Shown: one piece after another, positions 12,651 to 26,214 of the stretch
Layout: every line of letters begins with the position of its first letter
How positions within the stretch are numbered: position 1 is the first letter of the stretch
DNA from: the human T2T-CHM13v2.0 reference genome, Homo sapiens
Reading direction: 5' to 3' (one strand)
Assembly: GCF_009914755.1 (NCBI RefSeq)
Contig: NC_060934.1
Length of the DNA: 64,000 nt
Made by a program: the position numbers and the translations under genes
Notes under the pieces: generated by a model
Told to the model about the DNA's origin: nothing
Seen by the model: the letters and a program-made list of their open reading frames with translations, nothing else
Database searches by the model: none

Positions 12651-14269
12651 ACAGTCTTTTTCTATGAGTACTGTGAATATGTCATTGCACTGTCTTCTGG
12701 CCTTCATGATTTCTAACAACTTAAATTCCAAAAGTGTTTCTCTCCCCAAATACATTTTAAATGTTTGCAATCATCTGGATTTGAAGAGGGTTATTTACTG
12801 GAGCACGGGCTAGTGACCAGCTTGAAAAGCATTTCATTTGGTTACACAGTGGTGCAAATTGATGTTTTGAGCTGCCTTGGATGAGCTGCCCTGGATGAGC
12901 TTCTAATTAGTGGGCAGGCCTGCGATACCTAAATCGCCACATCTTTCTTTGTGCCAGAAGATGAATATGCTATTTTATGTAGTTCCCAAATGTATTCGAA
13001 ATGCTATTTTATTTAGTTCTAAAGTCTTTATTCCCTGGCTCCTAATATGAATAATGAATAAATCAATACATCTAAAATAAGCAAATGTGTATCATTCTGT
13101 ATTTTGCACTGACTTAGCTTTGTTAATTGTGAATTATTAAATGAAAATGAGAAATGTTTTAAAAGTACAATAACTTTAATATTAAAACCAGGCTTCTTTT
13201 TTCTTTTTTTATGTAAGCTACATCTAGAGAATAAAATTAGGTTTAATCCCCATGTTTATTATTACATTTTTACTTTAAAAATGGTAAAACTTCAAATCAC
13301 TTTGTGAAATAAGCATGTTAGAATCATAGCACTACAGAGTTATTAAAGCTATAAAACCCTTAGGAGCAAGTGATAAGAAAGGAGTGTCATCAGGTAATGA
13401 ATTATTTCTTTACAAAATATCCTAAATTGTCTTTAGAAAGGAGGGCTTCAATATAGGTTTTCAATTCAAGGAGCGTGGCTTTTTTTTTTTATTATAGTGA
13501 CTTAAGACGTACTTGTTTTTAAGTCTCTCTTAGAACATTTGTTTATTTATTATGCAACTCTAGAAAATGTTTATTTCTGGGGAATGAATGAAATGGCCTA
13601 TATTTTATTCATAACTACGTCAGTACAGCAATCTCTAGGGTATTTGGAAAATTTGATATGATAGCAGTAATAATCCATAGCATTTTAGTCATCAAATGAA
13701 CAGAATCTTGCTGTATCCTGATTGAACAGTGATACATAATAAAACTTTTTTAACATTTGAATTTCACAATAATGTCACCTGAACACTAGATTATTAAGTT
13801 AAACTGGAGTCTGTTTTTATCTTCTTGTAAATGAGGTCACTTCTTTGGAAGCGACAATTTATGTTTTACAGCCTCTTACTAGGTGTGTGACCTTGAACAA
13901 CTTGTAGAACAAGGAATCTCTGGAATAAAAGGAATTTTAAAGGTTATTCACAGAATGCATAAATCCTCTTTCTTGAGAACCCCTACAGAGTAGTCATTTT
14001 GTTTCTACTTAAATATTTTCAATAACAGGGAACTTACTATGACCAAATGAACTCAAACTGTTTTCAGACAACTCTAAGTAGTAAGAATTCTGTTTGTTCA
14101 TTTTGTTCCTTTTATTGTTTCCTTAACACTGGAAAAGGTGATAACAACAGGTGCCTATTTAAGGACAAAATATATATTGTATATAAAAAATAAAATGTAC
14201 ACAGTGAAGCTTGGATACAACTGTGAAATACTCTAATTGCATATAGTGTAATAAACAACATTGTTTTTC

Positions 14270-14580
14270 ACAAATATTTGCCTCTATTCTCCGGGGAACA
14301 ATTACACTTCATCACTCATTTATATTAGTCTTGGCCATCTGACTTGTTTTGGCCTATGGAATAGGAATTGAAGTGACAGGTGTCACTTTGGGGAAGAATC
14401 TTTGAGAGCTAACACATGGTCCTATGTTCCCTTTTCCCGCTGTCCTGATGACCAGCAGTGCTTCAGATAGAATGCTCCCACATGCTGGATCCTGGAATGA
14501 AGACAATATGGAGTCCAGCTCTAGTTGATTCCAAATGCAGCTGTCACATAATTCTCTGAAATTTTCGGTGTTGTAACAAA
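14270..14580 (+). mobile_element. MaLR LTR fragment (MLT1J/K-like)
   Basis: ttggccatctgacttgttttggcctatggaa...gaagtgacaggtgtcactt motif. Confidence 0.55.
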
Positions 14581-15899
14581 AAAAAAATTATGCTTTTTAG
14601 ATAATTTTTTGCAGACTTCTCATCACTGTGAGGAGACTCTCTTTTCCTTAGTCCCTATATGAACTTGATCTTCTGCATTGAAGAAGACAGGAAAGTTCAC
14701 TTTTTTGTGCTGGCCACATAATATTTCGATAACTATATTATAGGGTCAAGTGGGTGTTTATTGGATGAATTGAGTAATTTTTCTCTAAATAGTGATATTT
14801 TATGATATTATTTTGATAAAAATTCATTTGGACTTGTTATACTCTTTCTGTAACTGAAGAGGTACAAATAAGGCTAACCTTCAGATCTGTGTTGAAAACA
14901 CGGCAATATGTGGTTCCACAATAAGGGAGCAGAACTCAGCACGGTGAGGTTAAATAACTTCCTCAGAATAAATTAGAGATACTTGGAACTGGAGATTCTA
15001 CTAAAGTGACAAGACTTTAGAATTCACTGCAGTTCTTATAGGACAAATATGAGATGGCTGAAAACAGCATGTCTCAACTGTCCTCACATGAATTAACCAT
15101 CCTCACCATTCATCAGATGACTTAACAGCATCTGAGGAACTCTTAAGTCTCTAGGGCTAATGTTGTGATTGGACCTCCTGTCTATTAACATATTCCAATA
15201 ATAGTGTCAACAAAATATCTTTTGCACCATTTTGGCTTGAAGGAAGTTCAATACTAGAGAATGATGTCAACAAAATTCCGAAGACATCGATCGCATAAAG
15301 ACAACTTAATTGATGAAACAGCTGAGAGTACATGTAAAGATGTTGCATGGGAGCCCATCTTCCTCAGGAACCCCAGAGAAGATCTAAGCTTGATGTAAAT
15401 TGATTTCAAAGGGTAGGAGTAAGAGGTGGGACTAATAACAATAAGATTAACTGAAACTCTGTGAGCAAGGTAGCTGTGTGCTTTAGCTACCTTATATAGT
15501 CTCCCTTTTCCTCCTTCCTTTATGCAGCCTGGCCCTTGCATTAAAAGCAACATAACAAAAACAAACACAAACAGATGAAAAAGAACAAGAGTCCTTCTCA
15601 TTAAAGAAATTTAAATAACCTCTTTGGAAGAACTAGGGATATTAGCTTGGGTGTTACCATCTTAGAGTAAATAGCTCCTCAGGTGGTGCCTGGGGTGGTA
15701 GGAGCCAGCTGACTTGTCAGTTTTCTTCCTGATCTTGCACCTAAGGTAAGCCTCCCTGTGCAGGATAACCCTCCCATGTGTACTTGGACATTCCCTCAAG
15801 CTTTTCCATTCAGGGAAGAGATGTACAAGGGAAACAAAACCACTTATACCACAGCAAGCGAAACACAAATCAGATACCTAGAATAATCTTTTTTTTATT

Positions 15900-17100
15900 T
15901 CCTTTATAACATGAAAACAATGTAAGATCTTCAGGCATACAAGAAAGATCAAGGTTAAAATAAAACAGAATAACTTACCTTAAAGGACATATAAGACTGA
16001 CAAAACTAAAAAGAAATACAACCTAATTCCTACCCTCAGTTATTTGAGAAGATACTGCATTCATAAAAAGCATAATATGCTAAGAAAAAGAAAAAGTCAA
16101 ATAATATATAAGATTTCTGGAAAATTAAAATATAATTGCTAATGTTTAAACATATATGAGTTTACATTTTAAGTTTAAGAAACTTTTCTGAACATCAGTC
16201 TAAAACACAAAGAGTTGAAAATGATGAGAAAAAGATGGAAATTTAAGAGGTCTATTCTGAAAGTATAACTTTCTACCGATTAGAGATCCTAAAAGAGAGA
16301 ATAAAGAAAATGAAAGGGAGGGCTTAATTAAATAAATGACAGGATACCTCCTGGATTTGAAGAAAGGCACACAACTTTATTTGTTTAGAGACAGGATCCC
16401 ATTCTGTCACCCAGGCTGGAGTGCAGTGGCACAATCTGCTCACTGCAGCCTTGACCTTCAGGGCCCAGGCAATTCTCCCACCTGTGCCTTCGAGCAGCTG
16501 GGACTACAGGTGCATGCCATCATGCCTGACTAATTTTTGTATTTTTTGTAGAGACGGGTTTCCACCATGTTGCCTAGTCAGTCTGGTCTTGAACTCCTCC
16601 TGTCAAGTTGTCTGCCTGCCTCAGCCTCCCAAAGTACTGAGATTGCAGGTGTAAGCCACTGTGCCTGGCCTAGGCATGCAAGTTTAGATCTAAAAGGGGA
16701 TTTTAAAAAATCAAATTCTAGACTTAGTATGACAGAGTTTCCAAACTCTAAGCGTAAAGAACATAATTCTGAAAAACTTTGAAAAAAACATCATCTGCAA
16801 AGAAGGGAGTTCACAGTGTAGGATACCAGAATTTAGTGGTAGTAATCCCTTCAAAGTAATATGGGAAAATAATTTTAAACCTAAAATTATATATTCATAA
16901 ACATATTAATCAAATATAAAGACTTAACAAAGCAACTTTAAGGTTTCAGAAAATGTAACTCACGTATTTTCTAAGGCAGGAACTGAGGATGAATTCCAGC
17001 AATACAAGGTAGAAAGCAAGAAGGGAAATACGGATTCTAGGAAATAGTTATCTTGATTCAGCAGAGAAATAAGTGGAAATTCTCAGATTATAGTGAGAGT
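15900..17100 (+). mobile_element. Ancient L1ME/HAL1 ORF1-like remnant
   Basis: A-rich degenerate ORF1-type sequence (e.g. gggaaaataattttaaacctaaaattatat), split by an Alu. Confidence 0.45.
16379..16670 (-). mobile_element. AluJ
   Basis: Diverged reverse Alu; degenerate TSD aaggcacacaacttt/taggcatgcaagttt. Confidence 0.9.
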
Positions 17101-17206
17101 ACAATATATAACTAGCAAGAGAATAGTTATTTCATCGTTAATCTAAACATCAAAAAAGGGGATTTGGGGGCAATAGATATATTAAGGGATGTGACACTTT
17201 CAAGAA

Positions 17207-17508
17207 TTTTTTTTTTTTTTTTTTTTTTGAGACGGAGTCTCGCTGTCGCCCAGGCTGGAGTGCAGTGGCGCAATCTCGGCTCACTGCAGGCTCCGCCCCC
17301 TGGGGTTCACGCCATTCTCCTGCCTCAGCCTCCGGAGTAGCTGGGACTACAGGCGCCCGCCACCTCGCCTGGCTAATTTTTTGTATTTTTAGTAGAGACA
17401 GGGTTTCACCGTGTTAGCCAGGATGGTCTCGATCTCCTGACCTCGTGATCCGCCCGCCTCGGCCTCCCAAAGTGCTGGGATTACAGGCGTGAGCCACCGC
17501 GCCCGGCC
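17207..17508 (-). mobile_element. Young AluY (AluYe-like)
   Basis: CpGs largely intact; pure T tail; perfect 15-bp TSD CACTTTCAAGAATTT (17195-17209, 17509-17523); Ye-type features GCGAGGTGG, GGGGGCGGAGCCTGC and GACAGCGAGAC. Confidence 0.93.
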
Positions 17509-18375
17509 CACTTTCAAGAATTTAATACAATCATTTGTTCTTGTCAGCAAGAAGAAAATAAAAGGCCATTGGCGACTTGTGAGGGAAGAGAGGAAATGTA
17601 CAGTTAAGTCATTACCCAAGTCATTAAGAAGTAAAATAAAACATGGCATGATCCACTGAACAACTGGAGAAAATAAAATCCGCTTGACTTTGCACTTAGG
17701 AACACTTCCCTTCAAATATAATAGCACAGGTTTCCTGACCTTAGACCCTTAGAAAATATTATGCAATATTAATAAACCCCTTGATATTTGTACAGATATG
17801 TTAATGTAAAGTATTTTTATTGCTTTTAAACTTTGCAATCAATCTTTAGTAAAAACACGTATTATGTATTTGTTTATAAAAAATTCATGTTATCAGCCTT
17901 ACCAATGTAAAAAAATAAAGGTAAAAATGGAAAGAAATTAGGGGTCAAATGGCTAGTAGAGATGGAAGGAAGGAATCAAAATACTATTATCTTACATAGT
18001 GAACAGTTATAAATTATTAAATTGTTGCCTAGATAGCAAAAGAAAGTTTTGAGAATATTATTTAATTTTACTAAGTTAACCAAAAGAGAAATTTAAACTA
18101 GTAGAATCTTTCAAAAATAAGAGCAGAGGAGGAGGAGGCTCAGGTCATATAATGGGTAGAAACAGAAACATTTAAAAGCATTTATCTTTGAGGAGGAGCT
18201 ACACTGGTTATTCTTACTCTAAAATCTTTACTCTTTTACTGTTCGATAGTCTGCATCATCAGTTTAATATATTATGCTCTTTAAAATATTTTATATTATG
18301 CTCTTTAAAATATTTTATTTCATTGTATGGGTAGTCTTAAGAATATATAGTTTGGATTTCCCAATTGAAAATGGA

Positions 18376-18475
18376 ATTCCAGCTCCTCAGAGGTCTGATG
18401 TAGAGGATCACTTGAGGCCAGGAGTTGGAGACCAGCCTGGGCAACATAACAAGATCCTTGTCTCTTAAAAAAATT
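18376..18475 (+). mobile_element. Truncated Alu monomer (FLAM-like)
   Basis: ggatcacttgaggccaggagttggagaccagcctgggcaacataacaagatcc followed by an A tail. Confidence 0.75.
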
Positions 18476-20302
18476 AAAAATTAAAATATGTCAATTTTTA
18501 TTTGAATTTTAAAAATTAAAATATGTCAAGTTAAAAAACTTGACAGTGGACATGATGTTAATATTATTATGTTTACTATAAAATGTGAGCAATTTGAGCT
18601 ACTTGTAAGAACCTGTTCTGAGCAGAAATTACTTTGGGGACAGCTAATAATTGGCTTAGTGATATTACTTTTCATTTGTCAGCTCTTTTCATATCTTTGG
18701 AGACAGCCATTAATAATATAGCTAAATCAATGATCCTATCATTATTTTCACATCAGTGGTCAGTAACAGATGTATAATAGACTGAAAATGGTTATGATTC
18801 TCAGGTCATTATAGTAAAATTGCTTAAAAAGAGAAACCCACATATTTTTAGCTTTAAGGCATGCCAATAATATATTGACTTAAACACTGCCTTATAGTTT
18901 GAATAAAGCCGTATTTTTGGTTAGACAATTATACAAGTGTAAAGTCAAGACTTTATATCATGTATTTGAAAGCCTGCCAAGATTTGACATTTTATATTTG
19001 TCTTACATTTGAGAAGATACTATTTTTTTTTGTTAGAATTTGTGGGAGAGAAAAAAAGCTATAAAAATTCAATTTCACATAAAATTGTTTGAAATTGCCT
19101 TTCACTTGGCTAAATAGATTATTGATTTTGCCTTTTATAAAATAAAAGCTTAATAAAACTATACAACTTTAATTTCAAGGAGAAGAAATATACATATATA
19201 TATGTATATGTATATATATCACATAGTCTGATACCCTTCCTTTGGAAAAATAACAAAGGTTAGTATTTTCATACCAAATCTATGAGCTGTTATGATGTTC
19301 TCCTAGAGAATGAATCATGCCATAATTAATGATTAGGCCAATTTATAATGATTGCTCTTTTGCATTTTAGGTGGGTGCTATTTAATGTGGAGGACCACAA
19401 TGCAGACAGATGAAGAAAAGCTTTTTATATCAATTGATATAGGCTGAGAAAATGATGAAAGAGGCAGTATTTTAAGATTTGTGTTGCTACGGACAGTAGA
19501 AAATAGAAACACACATGGGCAAATTGAAGTGTAATATTATCACAATTTTGGGGACTATACCAGTAATTTTCAAAGATTCTACTGGTTCAAGCTAGAAAGT
19601 TTCATACAACTTACTGTTTTGCCATTAGCAGAAGATTGGAACAAAAATTAGTTTTGTCTGGAGGATTCTGAATGAAAGTTGTTGAAATTGCTTTATTCTA
19701 AGTAAAACATACCATTATTGAAACATGATTTCAAGAATATCATCAATATTTATTATTTATATAGGCTTTTTCAATAAAGTTGTACCTGCTTTATATGTGA
19801 AGTAGAAGAAACCATTAAAATAAATAACTTTGGTAAATAAGAAAAAAATTATTTCTGAAATGTTCAGAAAATTTAGTGTCTTAAAAAAAAATTTTCTTCA
19901 TTGCAAATACTTTTTTTTTAGTTCATGATCTGCTGAACACTTCATTTCTTGAGTAGTTCAAGAAAAGTTTTCTAATTTCAGTTACCAATAGATATTTACA
20001 CATGGATCTCAAAATCATTTACAGCATTTCTTTGTCCATACTGCCTGTTGAGAGAGAGATATTTTATAAACTTGGAAACTTTTTATCAAAAGCAGAGATA
20101 CAAAGCAAGGAAGCAGAAGATTATCGCTGTGCTGTGGATGGATCAGACTACACAGAAAATTAGCATTAATTTGTGAAAACCTCTTTTTTATTTATTCACT
20201 TTGGAAACAAATTTGCATGCCATCCTCTCTGACTTTTAAACCAAAAATCACTGTTACAAACCAGAGGAACCAGTCCAGATTCATTGTGGCCTGAAATTAA
20301 AG

Positions 20303-20909
20303 TGTTGGAGAAATATAATTTAAAACAAAATCCCCTCTTACTTCAGAAAACCTCTCCACAGGGTAGAAAAGGAAGAAAACAATTTTATTATTGAATAAAC
20401 ATTAAATCAGAATGTGATACACAGCACAGGCAATCCACTAAAAGATTGCAAAGACAAAAAGACGTCTTTCCTTTTTATATAGCAAAGCAGATATAACCTA
20501 TTACATGCATGTTATTAAGATAAACAATATCTAGTTCTCAAGAGGATTTGACAGCACCATTTGTCACCATTCAATGGATGACCACCCCTGGTAATTGGGG
20601 TGGTCATCTTTGTTTGTTAACTTGCTTTATCCAAAGAAAAAATACATTTCCCATATCTTTATGGCAAGAGTTAGTTTTGAGCAAGGCATTGGCCAAAATT
20701 AGACTCCTGCCCTCCTACAGAAATTGGGAGGTAGGGGCATTATCTTCCTTGATGATTACATTTCAAGAGATGGTTCCCAGGTCTTTGATTGAGACATTCC
20801 TGGTCATCAATCTGGCAAGGGGCTTATTTAGCTTTAAAAATCATTTAGGTCAATTTCAAAGAAGCAGAGAAAGAACTTAATTAAAAGTTTTCTAAAATAA
20901 ATGCTTTCA
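20303..20909 (-). mobile_element. ERV1 solo LTR (MER67-like)
   Basis: tgttggagaaatataatttaaaac...ttttctaaaataaatgctttca; antisense AATAAA near 20386. Confidence 0.6.
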
Positions 20910-21277
20910 ACAAGCAGCATTAAACCTCCTATCTTCAACTTTTATCCACCTTTATAGCTCTTAGGGGGAAATAAAAAGGACGTCATGAGCTGAAATTCTC
21001 TTCTGAATCACTAATATTGGTTTTTGAAAAAAAAAAAGCCATTGATCTTGGTAAATGAGATTTGTAGCTTAAGGATATGCTTACTCACTGAGGTCTAAGC
21101 TTTGCTGTGCCTAAACTTATTCAAATAATGAAATATTGAGTAAGTATATCTGAGATAATATTGAAAAACTAAGTGGTCTTTAACTGATATTTGACTGAAA
21201 TTGCTTATGCTTACATAGCAGTGATAGAAATTTGGAAGATGTATTGGTACTGTTATATTTGAGTAGTCTTCGAGGTA

Positions 21278-21371
21278 AGGGTTCCAGATTTAACAAATGA
21301 AAATTCAAGACACCCAGTGAAAAGTGAATTTCTAATAAATTCAACTGTAATGGCCTGTCTTGTTTTATCTG
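21278..21371. mobile_element. hAT MITE remnant (MER53-like)
   Basis: Termini agggttccagatttaacaaat and ttttatctgtcaaatcc resemble the MER53 inverted ends. Confidence 0.55.
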
Positions 21372-21589
21372 TCAAATCCACTCTGAGGTGCAATGGTTGA
21401 AGCAATAAGGCATTCAAATTTTAGTTAGCTAAGTACTAAAAGTGTGAATGCCAGCAAGAGGGACAGTATTCTTCCCATCTGTTATCTATAAAATAGCTTA
21501 GAAATTTTAAGCTTATCAAGAGACTTTATTGTTTCCTAGGTAGAACGTTAACCTGGAAGTCAGACTAATATTAGAAGCTGGTGGCAATT

Positions 21590-21810
21590 AATATTTATTA
21601 AATGCTGGCAAGGTACCAAGCTCAGTTGTGTTCTATAAGCATCATCTCATTTAATTCACACAACATTTTTATGAGCTATAGACTAATATCATCCTGTTTT
21701 ACAGGTGAGGAAATGATTTTAAGATAAGCAATACTAATAATCAAAATTGTGCTTTAAATCCCAGTTTGGTCAAATTGAAGGTTTACTTTCCTAAACTATA
21801 CACTCTACTA
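21590..21810 (-). mobile_element. MIR
   Basis: catctcatttaattcacacaac...gttttacaggtgaggaaa core motif. Confidence 0.65.
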
Positions 21811-22174
21811 CCTTCCAGATGACATAGCTTCTAGAATCTATTTCTTTTGTTTCTAACTTTGCAGCCTTCCTTGGATGAGTCACTTAACCTCTGTTTTTCA
21901 ATTTTTACGTATATGAAATCTGAGTATTAAATTGGATAATTTCTTGATCAGTACAATTATGTGATTTTTGTCAAGAAATTAGAATTATGCTACTGAAGTA
22001 TGGGAAATAGAGATGTGTATAATTTGCCTTTATATAGATTCTAAGGTCAACTATGGCACACAATGTTTTTCATACCCATGTATTTCTTCCCGGTATGTAC
22101 TACAGCATTTTATATAGACTCTCAGTGGATGCATGAGTAAGGGTTGGGATCACTGAGTTGTGTATTTCTTCCAG

Positions 22175-22254
22175 AAATATGGAATTCAAAAGGTCATTAA
22201 GAAGAAAAGAAATTCTCAAGTTCCTTCTGAATTTCTAATAACACGGGAAATGAG
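22175..22254 (+). other. Candidate internal exon (80 nt) of an unidentified transcript
   Basis: Acceptor tgtatttcttccag| and donor GAG|gtaagg, in non-repeat sequence. Confidence 0.45.
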
Positions 22255-22511
22255 GTAAGGATACAGGAGAGTAGTACGCTGAAATGATAGTGGTGAGCCA
22301 TTCAGGTTAGTTAACAGGAACTAATGACTGGGCTTCTAGAACTCTGTATATGCATGTGAGGCTCTTTTGGCTGTCTTAAAATTATCCTGTTCCTATGTTC
22401 TGGAACAAACATTTTCTTCCACCTCCTAAAGTTTTGTTCTTTACTTGTAACTTCACTGGTCCTCATTATTCTTCAGAGCAGAGAAGGGGCATTCTTCAAA
22501 ATAGGCGTAGA

Positions 22512-22513
<2 letters not shown>

Positions 22514-22548
<35 letters not shown>

Positions 22549-22570
22549 CCCCCAACCACCCCCCCGCCCC
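22514..22570. repeat. (CT)16 microsatellite followed by a C-run tract
   Basis: Directly visible. Confidence 0.95.
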
Positions 22571-23760
22571 ATCTCTTTCAGGCTTCTTTTTACTAAAATA
22601 ACAAATTCACAGACATGCATGTAAAAAATCCCAAAGTGACTCACTTAAAAAGTGCCACATGTAACTATATAGAAGCATAGTTTCTGAATAGGAATTATAG
22701 GAATTATGAATCAATAAGACAGGAGGAGGTACACAAAAGCAGACCAGAATATAGACCAGTCATGACACTGTGGCATAGTTATCAAAAGGTATAGTGACAT
22801 TTGTAGCTGACAAGAAGGTGATTGTTGTGCATATAAACTCTGAAACTCTGGGAAGTGTAGACCTGAGATCATGTATTTCAGGTTTAGAAACTTGGCATTA
22901 TCAGCAGGTAGGCTGGATTTAATAAAACCTATGTGTCTAAAATGCAGAAAATTGAGCTTCAAGAGAAGATTAGAGGGACAAACAATATAAATTGCAATGC
23001 AGTGATGCATTACTAAAAGGTGAGAACTAAAATAAATGTTATGGTAGTTAATATTAGGAAAATAACGCAGACCAAAATACGTAAACCATGAATTACTGAA
23101 GTATCATAAGGCTAGGCCATGCTCATGAAATGAAAAAAAAAAGTGGGATCAGAAGAAAGGACCATGTCTCTTCCTATGTTTTTTACATTCACAAATTTAT
23201 TCTACAAATTTTTAAAAGGCTAATTTGAATAAAATTTATGTAATATAAGAAGGATTGGCAACTAGAACTAAAAATAAAGGCTTAAGCATATGATGTGGTG
23301 TACCTAAGGGAATCTTTGAATATGGTTGGTACTATTTTACTAGAAAGTAGGTAAAAATATTTACAAGAGGTTAAGTGTGAAGAAGTATGAAGAATGAGAT
23401 TTATGGGTCATTATGGAGAAGAGAGATAGATGGAGGAATTCTCAGAGCATAGAACAGCAATGGCAGAAATTGCCAAAGTTGATTTCATGAAGTTGGTGGC
23501 AAAACACTGAAAAAAATGTACATAGAATAAAATGAGTTAAGGGGATTTTATAGTACACTCTTGCCTCCTATAACTTCCAGAACACTGTGGAAGCTACTTA
23601 TAGAGAGATTAGGAAGTTTAGGGGAAAAAAAATGTTTATTTTTTCAGAAAACTCAGAATGTACATATACCAGCAATTGCCAAAAGGACTGCCAAAAGCAG
23701 TGGATCTTCTAGGTCAGAATAAAATGGAGAACCTCTTTACATAGATGTAGATTTCAGGAC

Positions 23761-24316
23761 TGTATTAGTTAACTGTTGCTAGGTAATAAAATACCTCAAA
23801 ATTTCACATTTTAAAACAACAATCATTTGTTATCACACAGTTTTTCTGGATCAAGAGTCTAGGTATAGCTTAGCTTGTCCTCCTGTTTAGGATCTCTCTT
23901 GAGCCTCAAATCCAGTTATCAGTTGGAGCTGCTCTCATCTAAAGGCTTAAAAGAGGAAGGATCCATTTTCAGGCTTACTTACACGGGCTGTTGGCCGGCT
24001 CAGAAGATTCACTTCCAAGCTCAGTCATATGGCTGTTGGCAGGCCTAAGGCCCTTGTTGGCTGTTGCAGAAGACATTAGTTCTTCGCCACGTGGGCCTCT
24101 CCATAGAGCAGCTCACAACTTGGCAACTGGCTTCTCTCAGAGGGACTAACAGAGAAAGCAAGATTTTGGTAGTCACATCCCATGATTTTGACATATTCTA
24201 TCTGTTAAAAGCAAGTCACTAGGTACAGTCCATAGTCAGTGGGAGGAAGTTACACAAGGGTGTAAATACCAGGGTGCAGGAATCAATGAGGCATATCTTA
24301 GAGTCTGCCCAGTACA
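23761..24316 (-). mobile_element. MaLR solo LTR (MLT1F-like)
   Basis: tgtattagtt...aaacaacaatcatttgttatc...gccacgtgggcctctccatag...agtctgcccagtaca. Confidence 0.75.
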
Positions 24317-25016
24317 AAGACTTTGCTCTATGCAACAATATTAGATGATGAACAGCAAGTGGCGAGAAGTGGAGTTGACTGCCTGGACTCAGACTATCCA
24401 AGCATAATCATCTTTCATTCTCAGAATAAATTTTAGCTCATAAAGATTAAAAAAATTCAATACAGAAAAAACAATCTCTTCTAATTTTTTTCATAATATT
24501 AATGTCTGGCATAAGTAAGGAACTGTGGCATTTAGTGATGCTCTTTAGCTTAAATAAGATTAAATCAGGACAGATTAAACTGTAATGACTAGAACTAAGG
24601 AATTTAACCTAATGTTCTTAACTGAACAGTAAAGAACTCCCAAGATGAGTTTATTTAACCACATATTCTAGTTTTTTGTATTTTCTTTTGTGAAAGATGT
24701 ACTTTCTTTATATATGCTATTAGACAAGGACATTTTCCAGCAAAATGTTTATCACCTGCCTGAGCAGCTTTCCTTTATCAAAAGTTAAGAGGAACAATTA
24801 TAAGGCATTACATATATTGATAAACTAAGCATAACTCTGAGTAGTTTCACATTTAGGGAAAAAAAGATAAATGTTTATCTCATCTGCATGATTTTAAAAC
24901 AAGGATTAAATACAATAGAGTAGGCAAAGCAAAATACAGAAAAAAAGTCCTGTTAAGTAAGTCTACCATATTATAGAGCCTGATGGGATGAATGTAAAAT
25001 CTATATAAAGAAGATG

Positions 25017-25089
25017 TCTATCTATCTATCTATCATCTAATCTATCTATGTATCTATGTATCTATCTATCTATTATCTATCTATCCATC
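25017..25089. repeat. Compound (TCTA/TGTA)n tetranucleotide STR
   Basis: Directly visible. Confidence 0.95.
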
Positions 25090-26214
25090 AAAGAATGGAT
25101 TTTAAAATATGCCAAACAAGATGCTTTATAATTTAGGCATGTTTCTGTTTTGTGTTTTCAGCTTTACATTCTTATTCTCTAAGGTTTGAGTGTTTTTTAA
25201 GCAAAGAAATTTGGTTTATAAATGAGAGTCACTTATGTCTAGATATTGCTTATTAAATAATTCTTCTGAGAGGTAATTTTAGATTTGCTGTAAGCGATTA
25301 ATCAGTGTTTCTTGAGATTCTTAGACACTGGTAAAACAAAACGGAGAGGGAAATTAAAGAATCACGCAGTCTATGTTGGAAGAGAAATGGGTGATTCTTT
25401 AGTTTATTCGTCATCATCTCCACCCTCAAGTGCTCCTTCCAAAGCATACTGTAGCCTTTATACATTTCCAAAGATAGAAACCTCTTCACACTGCTTATTT
25501 TATTGTTAAATATCTCCAATTGATTAAGAGATCAACTTATGTAATGCCCATATCTACCCCTCTAAAATTTCCAAAAATCAACCTTTGCTTTGCTTTTTCT
25601 ACTAGCATAGAGAGCCTAATCTCTCCCTAGATGGTGACCTCCTTCATGAACAACATCATGTCTTTTTCTTGTCTCTAGATACCACATGTCTTGTAAATGA
25701 TAAATATTTCAACATGTATTTTTGAATGAGTAAACTACAATCTTTGAGCAAACTATGAGGAAAGACTTAGTATTATAGTTTTCCTTCTAAATTATCATAT
25801 GTATAAATGAAGGCAAGTGATTTGTTTTCTAGGGTCAGGATCACTTCTTTGTCTCCACAAATGCATAGGAGAATAGATGAACTATTTGTGCTTAACTATA
25901 TGGACCTTATCTCCTGTGCTCCATGAAACCAAATTTCTTCCTGTAATAAATTGCCCTCTAGGCATTCTTAACTTTGCTTGTCTCCTGATTCCTTCCTTGA
26001 ACTTCTGGTTTTCAACTTCTTAACTTATTTTTTGACCTGTTTACACTTACTCTAGCCAGCCCTAAGAACATTTCCACCAATCCTATCCCTGACCTGATTT
26101 GTTCTCCCTTGAGGCCATCTAAACTCTAGAATGGTGGATTCTTCGTGTGTAGTGTTGAATTGGGTGGAAATTTGGTCACTTTCTTTGTGACTGTTTGCTG
26201 AATAGAAGTGAATG

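Noticed and set aside
15254-15601. 115-aa minus-strand ORF with a hydrophobic N-terminus resembling a signal peptide
   Set aside because: The hydrophobicity comes from an (AAAC)-rich low-complexity tract; there is no recognisable domain or exon structure.
16336-17727. ORFs such as 16421-16654 and 17389-17727 (also 33642-33965, 53822-54178, 54972-55373)
   Set aside because: They are translations of Alu sequence (e.g. [23 protein letters not shown]), a common artefact.
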